DNA of 64,000 nucleotides, taken from NCBI GenBank assembly GCA_030704615.1, contig CM060733.1, positions 15,438,001 to 15,502,000 of the forward strand, given 5' to 3'. Position 1 is the first letter of the stretch. Each line of letters begins with the position of its first letter. The DNA is from Takakia lepidozioides. Its lineage: Eukaryota > Plantae > Bryophyta. Of this stretch, positions 37,683-49,511 are shown in pieces. Made by a program: the position numbers and the translations under genes. Below the pieces are notes generated by a model. The model did no database searches. It saw nothing but the letters and a program-made list of their open reading frames with translations, and was not told the DNA's origin.

Positions 37683-38318
37683 ATGGAGGAAGCCTACGCG
37701 AAGGGCGGACCCGACTGGATCGACTTTGTGCACGTCACGTGTTTGAAGAAGCTGCGAAGATATTGGTACTCCCCACAGGAGTACGATCGCAAAATAGTGG
37801 AAGCATGTATTGATCTCCGTGTAGCCAAGGAGGAGAACCCAGAATGGAAGAAGGATAGGCTCAGGTGTCCTTTCTGTGAGAAAGCCATAAAGGACAAAAT
37901 CCAGTTGAACCGCCATTGTGTGAACATAGGTTGCAAGGGCACCATTCCACCGAATTTCAAGCCGTGGCCCATACCGGTATCGCAGAAAGCTAAAGATGAG
38001 GCGGTTTTCAATAGCCGCGGCGCAAACCCAATTCCGTGAAGTACAGAGGAATTGCGCCAACGGTACTGGCGAGCTGCTGGAAGGATGCAACTAGGCAGTC
38101 TGGAGGAAGTGCCTGTGCCTCCCCGCAAGCGAAAACTCAGTGATGGGGCAAAAATAAAAGCGGGAGCGAAAGCGGCAAGGTCTGCTCGCAATGCAAACCT
38201 GTCAGTCCTGCAGGGGGCTCCGTCCAAAATGCGTCAGGCAGGCTCTGCTCGGGATGCAAGCATTGCGGGCCTACATGGGAGTCTGCCCGATGCGTGCCGG
38301 ACCAGAAGGTCCCGGTAG
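37683..38318 (+). pseudogene. Unknown zinc-finger-like ORF with a basic NLS-like motif, interrupted by one TGA (probable transposon cargo)
   Basis: 37683-38039 (CPFCEKAIKDKIQLNRHCVNIGC) and 38052-38318 (PPRKRK) are in the same frame, separated by TGA at 38037-38039. Confidence 0.4.
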
Positions 38319-39026
38319 ACTATACCCATCAGTTCCTCCAGTGAGTCTGAGTCTGCCGATCACTACAAGAGATGAGCGTTTTAAGGACTACGGCTTTGGC
38401 GGAGTCATAAAAACTGCACTAGGTAGATGACTACAGAGCGTTGAAATGCATTGCAGTCATAGTTTTATGACTTTGTAGTAAAGGATATCACTACATGACT
38501 CCGGAAAGTTATGGAGCATTGGTCAAACATTGTTGACCATGATGACAGGGATGGTTTATATGACTAGTGTGATATGTTTGACTACACGTAGACGACGTTT
38601 CATGGAATCTTATGACTCCATGACTGAAGATGGTTTCACAGCTCTATTTATACAACTACATCACTACACGTGTCATTTTGAAGGCACATATAATGCAAAT
38701 AAGGTTGCCCATTAGGTTTTAAAAAGTTAAAAAATTGCTAATAAGGTTGCTCATTAGGGTAATCGTGAACAGAAAGGAGGGCTGGGACTTGGCGTTTTTT
38801 TGTCTCCTGCGCCACACCACATAGCCGAGGGATGAAACGCGATGATAGCAGGATATGCAGGGGCGTGGGATGGAGGCGTTGAGCAAATGATGCACGAAGG
38901 AGAAGAGGAGGAGGAGACGAGACGAGGAGAAGCGAGCTCGCCATTCTTGGGAGAGTCAGCTTGGTCTTAGCATGCGTGTTTCAATCTCTGACTACTCAGC
39001 TACGCCGTAGTGGTTCGATCTCACAG

Positions 39027-39750
39027 ACCAATCCGACATTACCTGATTACAGACACAAGCAGCACACACAAGAGGACCTTTTAGGTTGATGGTCAGTTAA
39101 ATCCTCCATGGGTCAGGACAGGTCAAGGACAATGTGGTAGGGTACCTTCTTCTTCAACCTATTTCAGCCTGTGTTGCCCTCTCATCAGACTCGGCCGCAA
39201 GATGCATATTGAATTCTGTAAGTTAGGTCGTTGGGTAGATTTGTGGTGGTTTGGAGTGACTTTGGCAAGTTACTGCCAGTGTGGCAGCATGGAAGTATCC
39301 AAAAACATATAATAGAGGTGAGGAGAAGCTTTGGGGTGAACACTTTCCGACCCCAGTCAATGGTGGGACAATGGAGACAAAAAGGCGAATGCCTGTTGGA
39401 CTGCAGAGAGAAGCAGATGCATTTCAGATTGTGATAAGTAGGGTTGGGGTGTTTTGGGGAAGAACTCCACACCAGTATGGTTGGGGTGTTTGCTGGTAGA
39501 ATTCTAGGCTGTCAGAGGCATGGATAGCTGAAGGAGCAGGGATAGAGTGTGGGTCCAGATTCATCCAAGAGGGCTGGATTTCAAGCTCCACATTACCTAT
39601 GATTCCCTATGGAAGGATAGCTACAAGAAACCTACATGGGTAGATGGTCAACTGGAAGCGGCAGCAGCAGCGGCACAATTGATAAGGTCAGGCACTTCTA
39701 CTGAAGGCACCTCCTTCAGCACATTTCACCCTGTTTTTCCCTCTTATCCG
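39027..39750 (+). pseudogene. OSB-like PDF exon series with no PPR array downstream
   Basis: AG|TNPTLPDYRHKQHTQEDL.. (39027); EEKLWGEHF/PSQWWDNGDKK (ends 39384); AG|IHPRGLDFKLHITYDSLWKDSYKKPTWVDGQLEAAAAAAQLIRSGTSTE (from 39559), then intron-like sequence. Confidence 0.85.
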
Positions 39751-40889
39751 TTTCTTGCGAGCTGTCTTCTCTTATCTGTTTGTCTGCCCAGTCTTCAATG
39801 AATGCGTCAAGGCTTTGTGTTTTGGCTTCTTCCTCGCTTTTGTCACATGTCAAGTTAGTTTACCACTAGTGTGAAACTAGCTAGGAAATAGCTAGCTTTT
39901 ACATATTGACATTTGGGATTGGCCCAAGTGTCAATCCAGGGGTCAAGGCAGATTTAGGCCCTGGAGTGGTTATCTTCACGGCAAGCGCGGGAGGCTCATC
40001 TTTCTCGAGTTGAGCCTCACCGCGCCTAGCTATGGCGCCATAGTGTGGATTCCCCATGGCGTGGGGTGCACTTGGCTTGACTTGTATTTGAGTGATGAGG
40101 TTATATATGCATGAGTTTATGCTTCAGCTTTGTGAGCTCGCATGAGCTTGTGCTTGTATTCTTCTTCGTTATCACTCGAGAAAGATGAGCTCGAGTCTGT
40201 GAGTGCCAGGTTCGAGTTGTTTTGTAGCACGTGTGTTTTCATGAGAAGCGGTTCAGCCTAGAGTGCAGGGATCTGTGCATGAGCCTATCCAAAGTGGATA
40301 GAGTGCAAAGGCGAACAGGTTGCAGGTTTGCAATGTATAGAGAGGCGGGTAGCCTATGTTGAAGAGCGGCGTTGCATAGCTCAACGCTATGGCAACCAAG
40401 TTTGGGCCTCTAGTGTGAAGCGAGGGAGATGCTGGTCTCAAGTGGGTGAACTGGTGGTCGTCTTCTTCAGCTGCAGGCCAAGTTAAGGAGCTGCAGCAAT
40501 GTGGAGCTGCGAGGGTGTTAGATGTAAGTCACAGTTATCGGGAGCTCCAATTTCAAGCTCATAAGGAGGTATGAGTGAAGAGAGATGGCTGATTTCTCTT
40601 GTATGCAAGCCAATGCATTTGTGGCTATGTTGAGTTGGGGGTTTCAATCTGAAACTCCAGCGGTATGAGGGCTCTTGCCATGGCAAGAGCAGGGCTGGAA
40701 CAGGAGCTAAGAGGTGCGGCAAGGCCATGGAATGTGCACCTAGGGTTTTATTGGAAGAAAAGTTCTTGCACCACAAGAGGAGTGTCTTGTGGCTGGAAAT
40801 GTAAGCCTTAGGGTTTCAGGAGCTTGGCAAGGGTTGTGGAGTGCTTAGTCTTGTCTTAGAGAGCATCAAGGAGCCAAGATAGGGGGCTG

Positions 40890-41290
40890 ATATCTCTTGT
40901 GTGAAGGGGTTGCATGTGTGGAGCATGTATTCAGCTCATTGAAGCTTCCATCTTCAAGCTTGGAGGGCAAGCAAGGAAGAGGGAAGGGCTAACTTCCCTT
41001 ATGTGAGGGCAATGCATGTGTGGAGCATGCTATCAGCCTGGTGAAGGCTTGCACTTTCAGGTGTGGGAGTGCAAGAAAGGAAGGAAGGGGCTGGTTTCCC
41101 TGTAGGGCATGTGGAGCATGCTTTCAGCCTGCTGAAGCTTGTATTTTCAGGTTTGTGGGTGCAAGAAATGAAGCAAAGGAGCTGATTCTCTTATGGTGAG
41201 AGTGGGGCATATGTGGAGCATGCCTTCAGCCCATTGAGGCTCTTGTTTTCAAGCTTTAGAGAGCTAGAACCGAAGGTCTAGGGCTGGTTT
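40890..41290. repeat. Four diverged ~100-bp tandem units in a probable non-coding retroelement segment
   Basis: GTGGAGCATG...TCAGC...GGGCT recurs at ~40915, 41016, 41109 and 41210. Confidence 0.75.
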
Positions 41291-41734
41291 CCACTTGGAG
41301 TGAAAGAAAAGCACTTGTAGGGCCTATGTGAGTTGGGGTTTCAACTTCAAGCTTGAAGGGAGCGCAACTCTTGAAGCAGCAGGTGTAGGGGGCTGGAATA
41401 GGCTCTAAGACAGATGCTATGGCCAAGGAGAGTGCTTGAATGAGTGCTCACAAGGGCTGGGAACCAGCAGGGCTTGGTTGTTTACCATTGAGTTTAGTGG
41501 CGTGTTTGGGGAGGCTAAGTGAGAAAGAAGGCTTGGTTTGTGGCAACCACCTCATGGCTTAGGGTTACTATGGTGGTGTGTGGGAGCCGAAAGAGCAAGA
41601 ATACCTTGCTGATTTCCTCACAGCCACCATAGCTCGGTGGAAAGAAGCCTAAAGTCCAAGAGACACAAACCCTAGCTTGGCGTGGCTAAACCCCTTGGAG
41701 AAATGGCTAAACTGCCAGAGCGGCCATGGATGGG

Positions 41735-42730
41735 GTTGTGACGGGCTGTCCCTGTGGCCTTGGGGGCTGTGACGGGCTGTGACAGGCTGTGCCCAGTGGC
41801 CTGTGGGGCTGTGATGGGCTGTGCGGGGCTGTGATGGGCTGTCACGGGCTGTGAGGGGCTGCGCCCCTGGCCTTTGGGGCTGTGACGGGCTGTGAGAGGT
41901 TGTGACAGGCTGTGCCCGTGGCCTTTGGGGCTGTGAGGGGCTGTGAGGGGCTGTGACAGGCCGTGCCTAAGGCCTTTGGGGCTGTGAGGGGCTGTGAGGG
42001 GTTGTGTCAGGCCGTGCCTGAGGCCTTTGGGGCTGTGAGGGGCTGTGACAGGCTGTGCCCAGTGGCCTGTGGGGCTGTGACGGGCTATAAGGGGCTGTGA
42101 CAGGCTGTGCCCTGTGGCCTGTGGGGTTGTGACGGGCTGTGACAGGCTGTGGCGAGCTGTGATGGGCTGTGAGGGGCTGTGACAGGCTGTGGCGGGTTGT
42201 GATAGGCTGTGCTTAGTGGCCTGTGGGGCTGTGACGGGCTGTGCGGGGCTGTGACAGGCTGTGCCCTGTGCCCTGTGGGGCTGTGGCGAGCTGTGATGGG
42301 CTGTGATGGGCTGTGGCGGGCTGTGACAGGCTGTGCCCTGTGGCGTGTGGGGCTGTGACGGGCTGTGACAGGGTGTGGCGAGCTGTGACGGGCTATGAGG
42401 GGCTGTGACAGGCTGTGCCCTGTGGCCTGTGGGGCTGTGATGGGCTATAAGGGGCTGTGACAGGCTGTGCCCTGTGGCCTGTGGGGCTGTGATGGGCTTT
42501 GACAGGCTGTGGCGAGCTGTGACGGGCTGTGAGGGGCTGTCACAGGCTGTGGCGGGCTGTGATAGGCTATGCTCTGTGGCCTGTGGGGCTGTGACGGGCT
42601 GTGATAGGCTGTGGCGAGCTGTGATGGGCTGTGAGGGGCTATGGCCTTTGGGGCTGTGACAGGCTGTGCCCTGTGGCCTATGGGGCTGTGAGGGGCTGTG
42701 AAAGGCTGTGGCCTTTGGGGCTGTGACCCA
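41735..42730. repeat. G-rich minisatellite, ~10-bp unit GGCTGTGA(C/T/G)(G/A) with higher-order variants
   Basis: Directly visible ~1-kb array. Confidence 0.95.
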
Positions 42731-43239
42731 GTGACCTTTGTAGGGCTCGCCCACGCAAGTCTGCCAGCGGAGTTGGTCCGTTGACTGCAAGCGGACTCGC
42801 CCACACGAGTGTGCAGCGGAGTCTCCGAATCGAGTCTGCCAGCGGAATCGCGCATGCGAGTCTGCCAGGGTACTGGCGCAGACGTGTCTGCCAGCCGAGT
42901 AGCCCAAAGCAGACTCCACACCAACCCCTACACGAACTTGGTCGCAAGACATTGCCTACGGGTCTGGCGGGCCGACTTCCCCTCCTAAGTCTGCCAGTAG
43001 ACCCATGAAGGGTGCCAGCAGACTCGCCCCTGCGAGTCTTCTGGCGGACTCGGCCGGGCAAGTCTGCCAGCGACTTGGTCGGGCGAGTCGGGCTTGCCCA
43101 CGCGACTTGGTCCGCGTCCAGTTTGCATGCGAGTCTCTCAGGGAACTGTCGCACGTGACTCTGCCACAGACTCTGCCAAAGCACACTATGACGATAGTTG
43201 CATGCCAGATGACTTCGACAGTGGGTGTCTGTTGAGGTA

Positions 43240-44215
43240 TGGAAGACTCACCTTATAGCGTTGATTTCAGCGTCCGCATCATCGACAATGAAGGCATTGG
43301 GTCGCCAGGTCGGCATATCTGCGTGGAGTCGGTCACGCAAGGCTGTCATCCACGGCACCAGGTCTGTTGTCATATTCCTGGCGGATATGATGTACGCAAC
43401 TGGTATACCGTTCAGCCACTCGTCGAAAACCATCAACGTGTACAATGGGAACTGTTCAGATGCACTATGTCACTATGTCAGTTGGTTCCAATGTGCAACA
43501 TCCTACGAACAATTGATTTGCAGAAATGATAAGAGGGATGAATTGTACCTTGTGGTGATTTGTCCCGAAGGTTGCATTGCATGCAACGATACTCGCATGT
43601 CCCAATTGAAGCATTCTCTGCTTCTGCCAATCAGTTTGAATGCCAATAGTGAATGTCAAATCTCCATCGTAATGCTTGAAGGTTGGCGCCAATGTTTCTT
43701 CTCGATAGAAGAAGACTGATGCGGGGTTCAAGTCTTTCCACATGCGGACGCTGTCGGCATCGTTGGCATGCTTTTTGAACGTCTACCACGCCCGTTTCTC
43801 AGTCAGGTTGCGGACATCTTGCTCGAGGAGGAAATCATCACGTGTCCATGCATCTCCCAAACCTGTGTTGTTCATGACATGCTCCTGTGTTCCATCATGA
43901 TTTGTGCGACCGTGAGGCCTCGGCACAAACACTCAACGACCCAGGCTTTCAATTCCTGGCTAATGCGGGGTGCGTAGGCTGCCCGTGTGTTCCTGAACTC
44001 TGCGGTCTTGCCATGGGAGGGTTTCCCTAAGGCATCGACGTGCTCCATGTTGTTGTAGTATGTGAGGACACAAATGTCCGGGGCAAGATAAGATTGCTGC
44101 ATTTTGAAACAACAAAGGCACCCGCGCTTGTACGACTCTCCGTAGTCCGACTTCTTCCTTCTTGGGCCTTTATGCGGGTGTTTAGTGCCAGCACCCACAT
44201 CCGGACCTCCACGCT
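43240..44215 (-). mobile_element. Intron-containing MULE-type transposase fragment (related to the plant At4g13970/At1g60560 SWIM family)
   Basis: ESYKRGCLCCF...HVDALGKPSHG...YAPRISQELK; VFFYRE...FTIGIQTDWQ...NATFGTNHHK|intron|FPLYTLMVFDEWLNGIPVAYII...FIVDDADAEINAI. Confidence 0.8.
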
Positions 44216-44583
44216 TTTGTTTTGGATCCTCGACAGTTGCATTGACCGTGCGCTTGTCGTCAGGTCCGTAGCAGCATTGATACCTATCAAATGGAATTCA
44301 AAAGCAGATCTAATCCAGAATGAATAGACTGCCTTGCGATGTCCTGGCTGATTACAATAGTAACACAGTTCTTCACCATTGGGTCCTCGGAAGTTAGCTA
44401 TTTCATGAGCATGAGCGGCATGAGCGGAGTAGCAAGACAATCGGTTTTCATGAGCGTGCAATCCATTCATGATGTGGCATCAAGCCAAATCTATTTTTAT
44501 TTAGGCAACACATTAAGGCACGATTAGGTAGAGTTACTTTCCTAAGATGTTAGAATAAGAAACAAAGGTTCAATTTAAAAAGC

Positions 44584-45345
44584 CTCTCATTTTACAATAA
44601 TAGGGTCATGAACGCAAGCGTGCGAGAAGGACGGTGGGCCCCTCGTCCGGACGAGCCCCCCCCACCCGCGCCCACCTGCCCGCCGCTGCCGCGGTCGCCC
44701 ACCCCACCGCTGCTGCCGCGGCTGCCCCTCCCGGGCTCCGTCCACCAGCCTGTCCGCTGCGGCCGCTCCGCTGGGGCGGGTCTGCTGGGGCTAGTCCGTT
44801 GCGGCAGGTCCGCTCCCTCTAGTACGCGTGTCCGCGTGTCCGCCCGCCCGCAAGATCTAGGCCGTCCACGAAGAATCCCATCGCAGCCCTCCAATTTCGC
44901 CTGCCATCTGCCACCAGTTGTAAACGTGGGTCATGTTTCTCCGTGCACGTTCTCCATCGTGTCTTGCGGCGCTTTCGTTGCAGGTTCTTCTGGAGCGTGT
45001 GTTCTGCACTGTATAGAGCATGGACGTAGGAGCGGAAGCCGACGACATTCAGCAATTTGAGAGCCGGCTTATACGCCCGCTTTGACAAAGTCTGCAAACA
45101 CCGAAACCAGGACCTTTCAACAATAAGGACATCCATTGGAAGTGTGAAACGCAATATGGGTTTAGGGGGGTGCAAGTGCGTGTTAAAAAGGCCTGTATAT
45201 CTTGGGATAGAGTTGCGGCCTTCGTCCATGGAGAGGAGAGTGTGGAGGACTGCCCCACTCAATATTGGGTACATGTGCACAGTAAAGTGGACGCCGGAGT
45301 GCGGAAAGCTCCCAGAGGGAACACCTTCTTGAGCAGTATCATGTG
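44584..45345 (+). mobile_element. GC-rich head copy 2 followed by the N-terminal exon of the same MULE-type family (contains a stop)
   Basis: From ATG at ~45020: ...NNKDIHWK...ACISWDRVAAFVHGEESVEDCPTQYWV..., resembling the family N-terminus IPxxRVxDFVxGExxxxDCPTxF. Confidence 0.65.
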
Positions 45346-46744
45346 TGCACCATCCTCATTGTGATTTAGGGATGTCACTGCATTATTGTTGTGATTTGTA
45401 TTTGTCTCCGACTGTGGCTTCCATAAGTCCATAGGTTGATCCCTGATTGTTTATTTGATGCACATTTATAGGGATCCATTTCAGAACGTGGTCTGAATTG
45501 GGTCATCTACCTTAATAACATTGTAGACATTCGAAGCTTTATTGATGCTGCTAGGCCTGAAAGCTTTGGACCAACACTGAGGCAGCGTGTGTGCACCGTA
45601 ACCGTAGCAACAACAACAACATGATGCTAAACTTGCAATGAGAATTCTATCATTCAAACATTTGAAACTTCCCCAATATTCATCGAGTAGCCTGGGATTG
45701 GTATATGTAAGGGCACTCTTTGAGGTTATCATTAAGTACAAATGTTGTCAAACATAGAACACTATTTGATACTTATTGTGTAGCATTATAGTAGGGCTAT
45801 GAGGTAATAGCTGGTGTAGCCTGGGCCTTAGAATCATCTTCTAAATGTTAATTCTGTCACCTGCGGACAATTAACATTTAGCTAGAGCATACTTTAGACC
45901 AAATGGATTTAGCTTAATTTCCCATTTAGTTATAATCTATATAAGGGAATAGGCAAGCGTAAGTGCATTTATACATTGACATCACTACTTATTCTCAATC
46001 ACATTGCATTCACTTGAACCAAAACCCATACATTTTTTTCTTTGAATCTTATCAAATCAAGCACACATGTCACCTACTTAATATGGTTCCACATGTATGT
46101 TCTATTCTTTCAAAATATTCATTAAGTTTATTAAGCACCTAAAATTGGACAAGGAGTCAATAATCTTAACGAAACCACCACAAAGTCACTAACAATTTAG
46201 TTCATGGAGGTTAAATTAGGTACAATGAAATATTTTTGTTATTTTAAAAAGTTTATTGGCTCATCTTTATTTGAAGGAAAGGACTACACAATGTCAAAAA
46301 ATGTCAAAGATGTCAAAGGCGTTCAAGGATGTCTAATGTCAAATTAAGCACATCTTTGACATCTTCAAAGACGCCTTCAACATCCTTGAAGGCCCTCATA
46401 AGACACATTTATGGATTAGACTTAAAAACTAGATCGTGTGAATGTTCAAATAAGGTCTCTCATGGGATTCGACGCTTCAACATTTTTCCTCATGCATTTT
46501 TCAACAACACTTGTCAAAGATCTGTATCTGCCCCTATATACCTCACACACAGAATCAATCTGTGCGTCCTTAACATTGAAAACTCTCTACATAAGCCATG
46601 GCCTCCTCTATGTTATCAACCCCCGAATTTGTCAAAGACATAATAGAACTGTTGATCATCCTTGGCAAAGTTGCTTCCCATAATATTTTGTGTCTTCACA
46701 ATCATGAAGGTGCTCATTGCAGATATTATGTAGGCAGCTGCTAA

Positions 46745-47293
46745 GACACCAGAGATCTATGTCAAGGCGTCAATTACTGGAGAGAGAAAAGGTTTTCTGG
46801 CATCAGCATTGGATGCAAACTTTTTCTCCAGTTTATTAACAATGGCTTGGGCTTCATCAACTACAAACAAAAGCTTGCTACTACACGAATCTTTTCTCAT
46901 GATCTTCTCAACCAGACGACTATAATACGCTTTCACCAGCGATCCCAGGATATGTCTGACATTTCAGAGGTGCATCAACAACTAATTCAAACATATCCAT
47001 AATAAGGAAACAAAAAACGTCATCCACACCGAAAATTCGAAATTGGATTTGCATAAAGAGTCAATCAAGATGTGAGTAGAAATTAGGGACAGAGGAAGAA
47101 ATGTCATCCACAAAATGGAAATAAAATGGGTCAGGTTCTTTACACATCCTTCAACCTTATTGATGCTATAAGTACTAGAAGATGCAAAGAAAATTGAACC
47201 ATACACTGCGCTCGAGAAGCATATGGAATTATTTTCTTCCTTCCGCTCAACACAACTCAACAATTTCGTTGTCTGCCTACGCCATAAGTACAT
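46745..47293 (-). pseudogene. P-loop NTPase remnant (Walker B), Crinkler/CR-effector NTPase-like
   Basis: One frame, read through stops, gives KLLFVVDEAQAIVNKLEKKFASNADARKPFLSPVIDAL. Confidence 0.45.
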
Positions 47294-49115
47294 GAAATTA
47301 GCAGATTGTTAGAAAGAGGGCTAGACAACATGTTTATGGCATTAAGGTTAAACAAGTCATTCTCATTCAGGGTCCCAAGCAATTGAGCAACTTGCTCATC
47401 ACTCGCACCTCTCTCCCTTCCTCATGTCACGATGACAATGACCTTTTTGTGGATTCAGGGAGACATATTGAGGATTGCCGACATTACATTTAGAAATGAC
47501 TCTAGCTCTCACCACCTTCGAATGATCTCAGTGCCTCAAACTCAAACTCATAACCCAGCAATTGAGGAAAAAACCTAAACCTACAACACAATGCAATGAG
47601 ATGTCAAGAAGTAAAGAGACAAGGTAGCTTGAATTACATGAAGATAGAGGCAATCTGTCATGCACAACGCACACATGGCCTCCTGCAAAGGGCACGGTGA
47701 GAGGGAAGGAGAAATGGGGGAAGTTAATATGAAACTGTAGGAACTAGTAGCCACCACCATGCCAATCAAATCCACATATCTCAGCCGTTTCCTAAGAATT
47801 GGCCAATTGATTTTGCATTTTTGTTTTATTTTGTTTTTTTGCACTTTGAGCTCTTTCTCATGGCATTTTTTTCATTAAATTCGAGTAAGATCTTCCCAAG
47901 TTATGCTCGTACAAAATGACAAACGGCCATGGCTACGCTAGTATTTAATTAGCCACACACTTTTGGATAAAATAACCATTTTCCATCCAACTGAATGATA
48001 TTTATCATGCTGATCATGGCCCAATGCAATAATTATTCTAGTGAAACTATTATGGGAAAGAATTAAATAAAAGGTGATGAAAGAGGACGGAGGTAGCTAA
48101 GGGAATGAGAGCTCTACAGCTCTAGGACAACAACGAGTTCCACAATGGTGACATCTACTAAGAGCCAGCCTACCCATATACGCACCATTCAGGTTCTATG
48201 AAACTTGATTGCACAAGGCTCATGCGTCTCCGACTCTTCAGTCATCACGAGAATTTCATATTTGCACACTTAGAAAGAGAAGAAGGATACCAGTCCTTCC
48301 CATCTCCGGCTTTGCAAATTGCTTTCAACAACCAGTCAATGGGTTTTGGCATCTAAATGCTCAGCTTAGTCTGACTCTGCCTATTCATCATTTAACCTTA
48401 CTTTCTTAAATTTCCAAAAAAGGAAAGCCCCTGATGAGTTAGTATGTATTTGAGAACATGACTATTGTTGCTAAAATGTTCACTTTTACCATAAATGCTT
48501 TCCACAGTGCAGCTGAACAGAGGAAATCTTTTCCACTGTGTTATGGGCCTCTCGAACTGGCAACCGGTCCGGGTGGATTACTAGATTTCTTTTATTTTAA
48601 TCTACCCTGCAAGACTCATGCTATCTGAATCCTTTATTTTTTGGGTATTAGTATATAAAGGATATAAATACATAACAATGCCGATAGCCTAGCCTGGAAA
48701 TAGTTCAGTCAAATAAGTCATTAACAAATAACCCCTTTTTAATTTAATAAAGATATATGTACCAATATATGATGATGATGATGATTATTATTATTATTAT
48801 TAAGAAAAGTGGCCAGAGGCCCAGGCTGCTACCCAAAATATGATAGTAATATCGATTATAATCAAGATATTAAAATTATAATCTCCCCATTACCTATTTA
48901 ATCTCCGTCCTAACTTATCCTTAATCTGCCATACCAGGTTTATATCTGGATATGTAAGGTGAAGTGGCTCTTAGGAACGCCGGTTTCGGCCAGAGTCTTC
49001 TCTTTCTCTTATGTACAACTGTTGGGCAGATATAGAGTAGTATAGAGCCATTAGGATATCAAGGTATTGGGAACGCATGATTTTTAGAGTCTTCTCTCTC
49101 TCTCTCGTATGTACA

Positions 49116-49511
49116 ACTGTTGGGCAGATATAGAGTAGTATAGAGCCATTAGGATATCAAGGTATTGGGAACCCATGATTTTTAGGAACAGGATAAGATG
49201 CATAACTTGCGGGCATGAAAATGTGAAAAAAAGATTCTATATCCTTCCTAATACCCCCTTCAATACCCACCAAAATTCGTCTTGTTGGTAATACCGAGAG
49301 AACCGGAGGATATTTAAACCAAGGCTAGAGGCTGGGGCTCCGGCCCTGGTTGCCTGGGGTTTATTTTCCCCCTCAAGGCCCAGTTGTTGGGGCTGGTGTT
49401 TCCTTGGAATATATATTTGTACACTATGCCAGAACCGGAGGGTATTTAACCAAAAGTTTCTTATACCCTAAACCCGCGGATATTGGACAAAACTAATATC
49501 CGCCCAACAGT
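49116..49511. mobile_element. MITE-like element with 16-bp terminal inverted repeats; left end tandemly duplicated (48992-49185)
   Basis: ACTGTTGGGCAGATAT (49116-49131) versus ATATCCGCCCAACAGT (49496-49511), 15/16 match. Confidence 0.6.

Noticed and set aside
41672-42952. 426-aa ORF as a real gene
   Set aside because: Low-complexity translation of a minisatellite whose ~10-bp period does not preserve codons.
35806-44897. The two GC-rich direct repeats as LTRs of one retroelement
   Set aside because: No TG...CA ends, PBS/PPT or retroviral ORFs between them; the second copy leads into a MULE-type exon.
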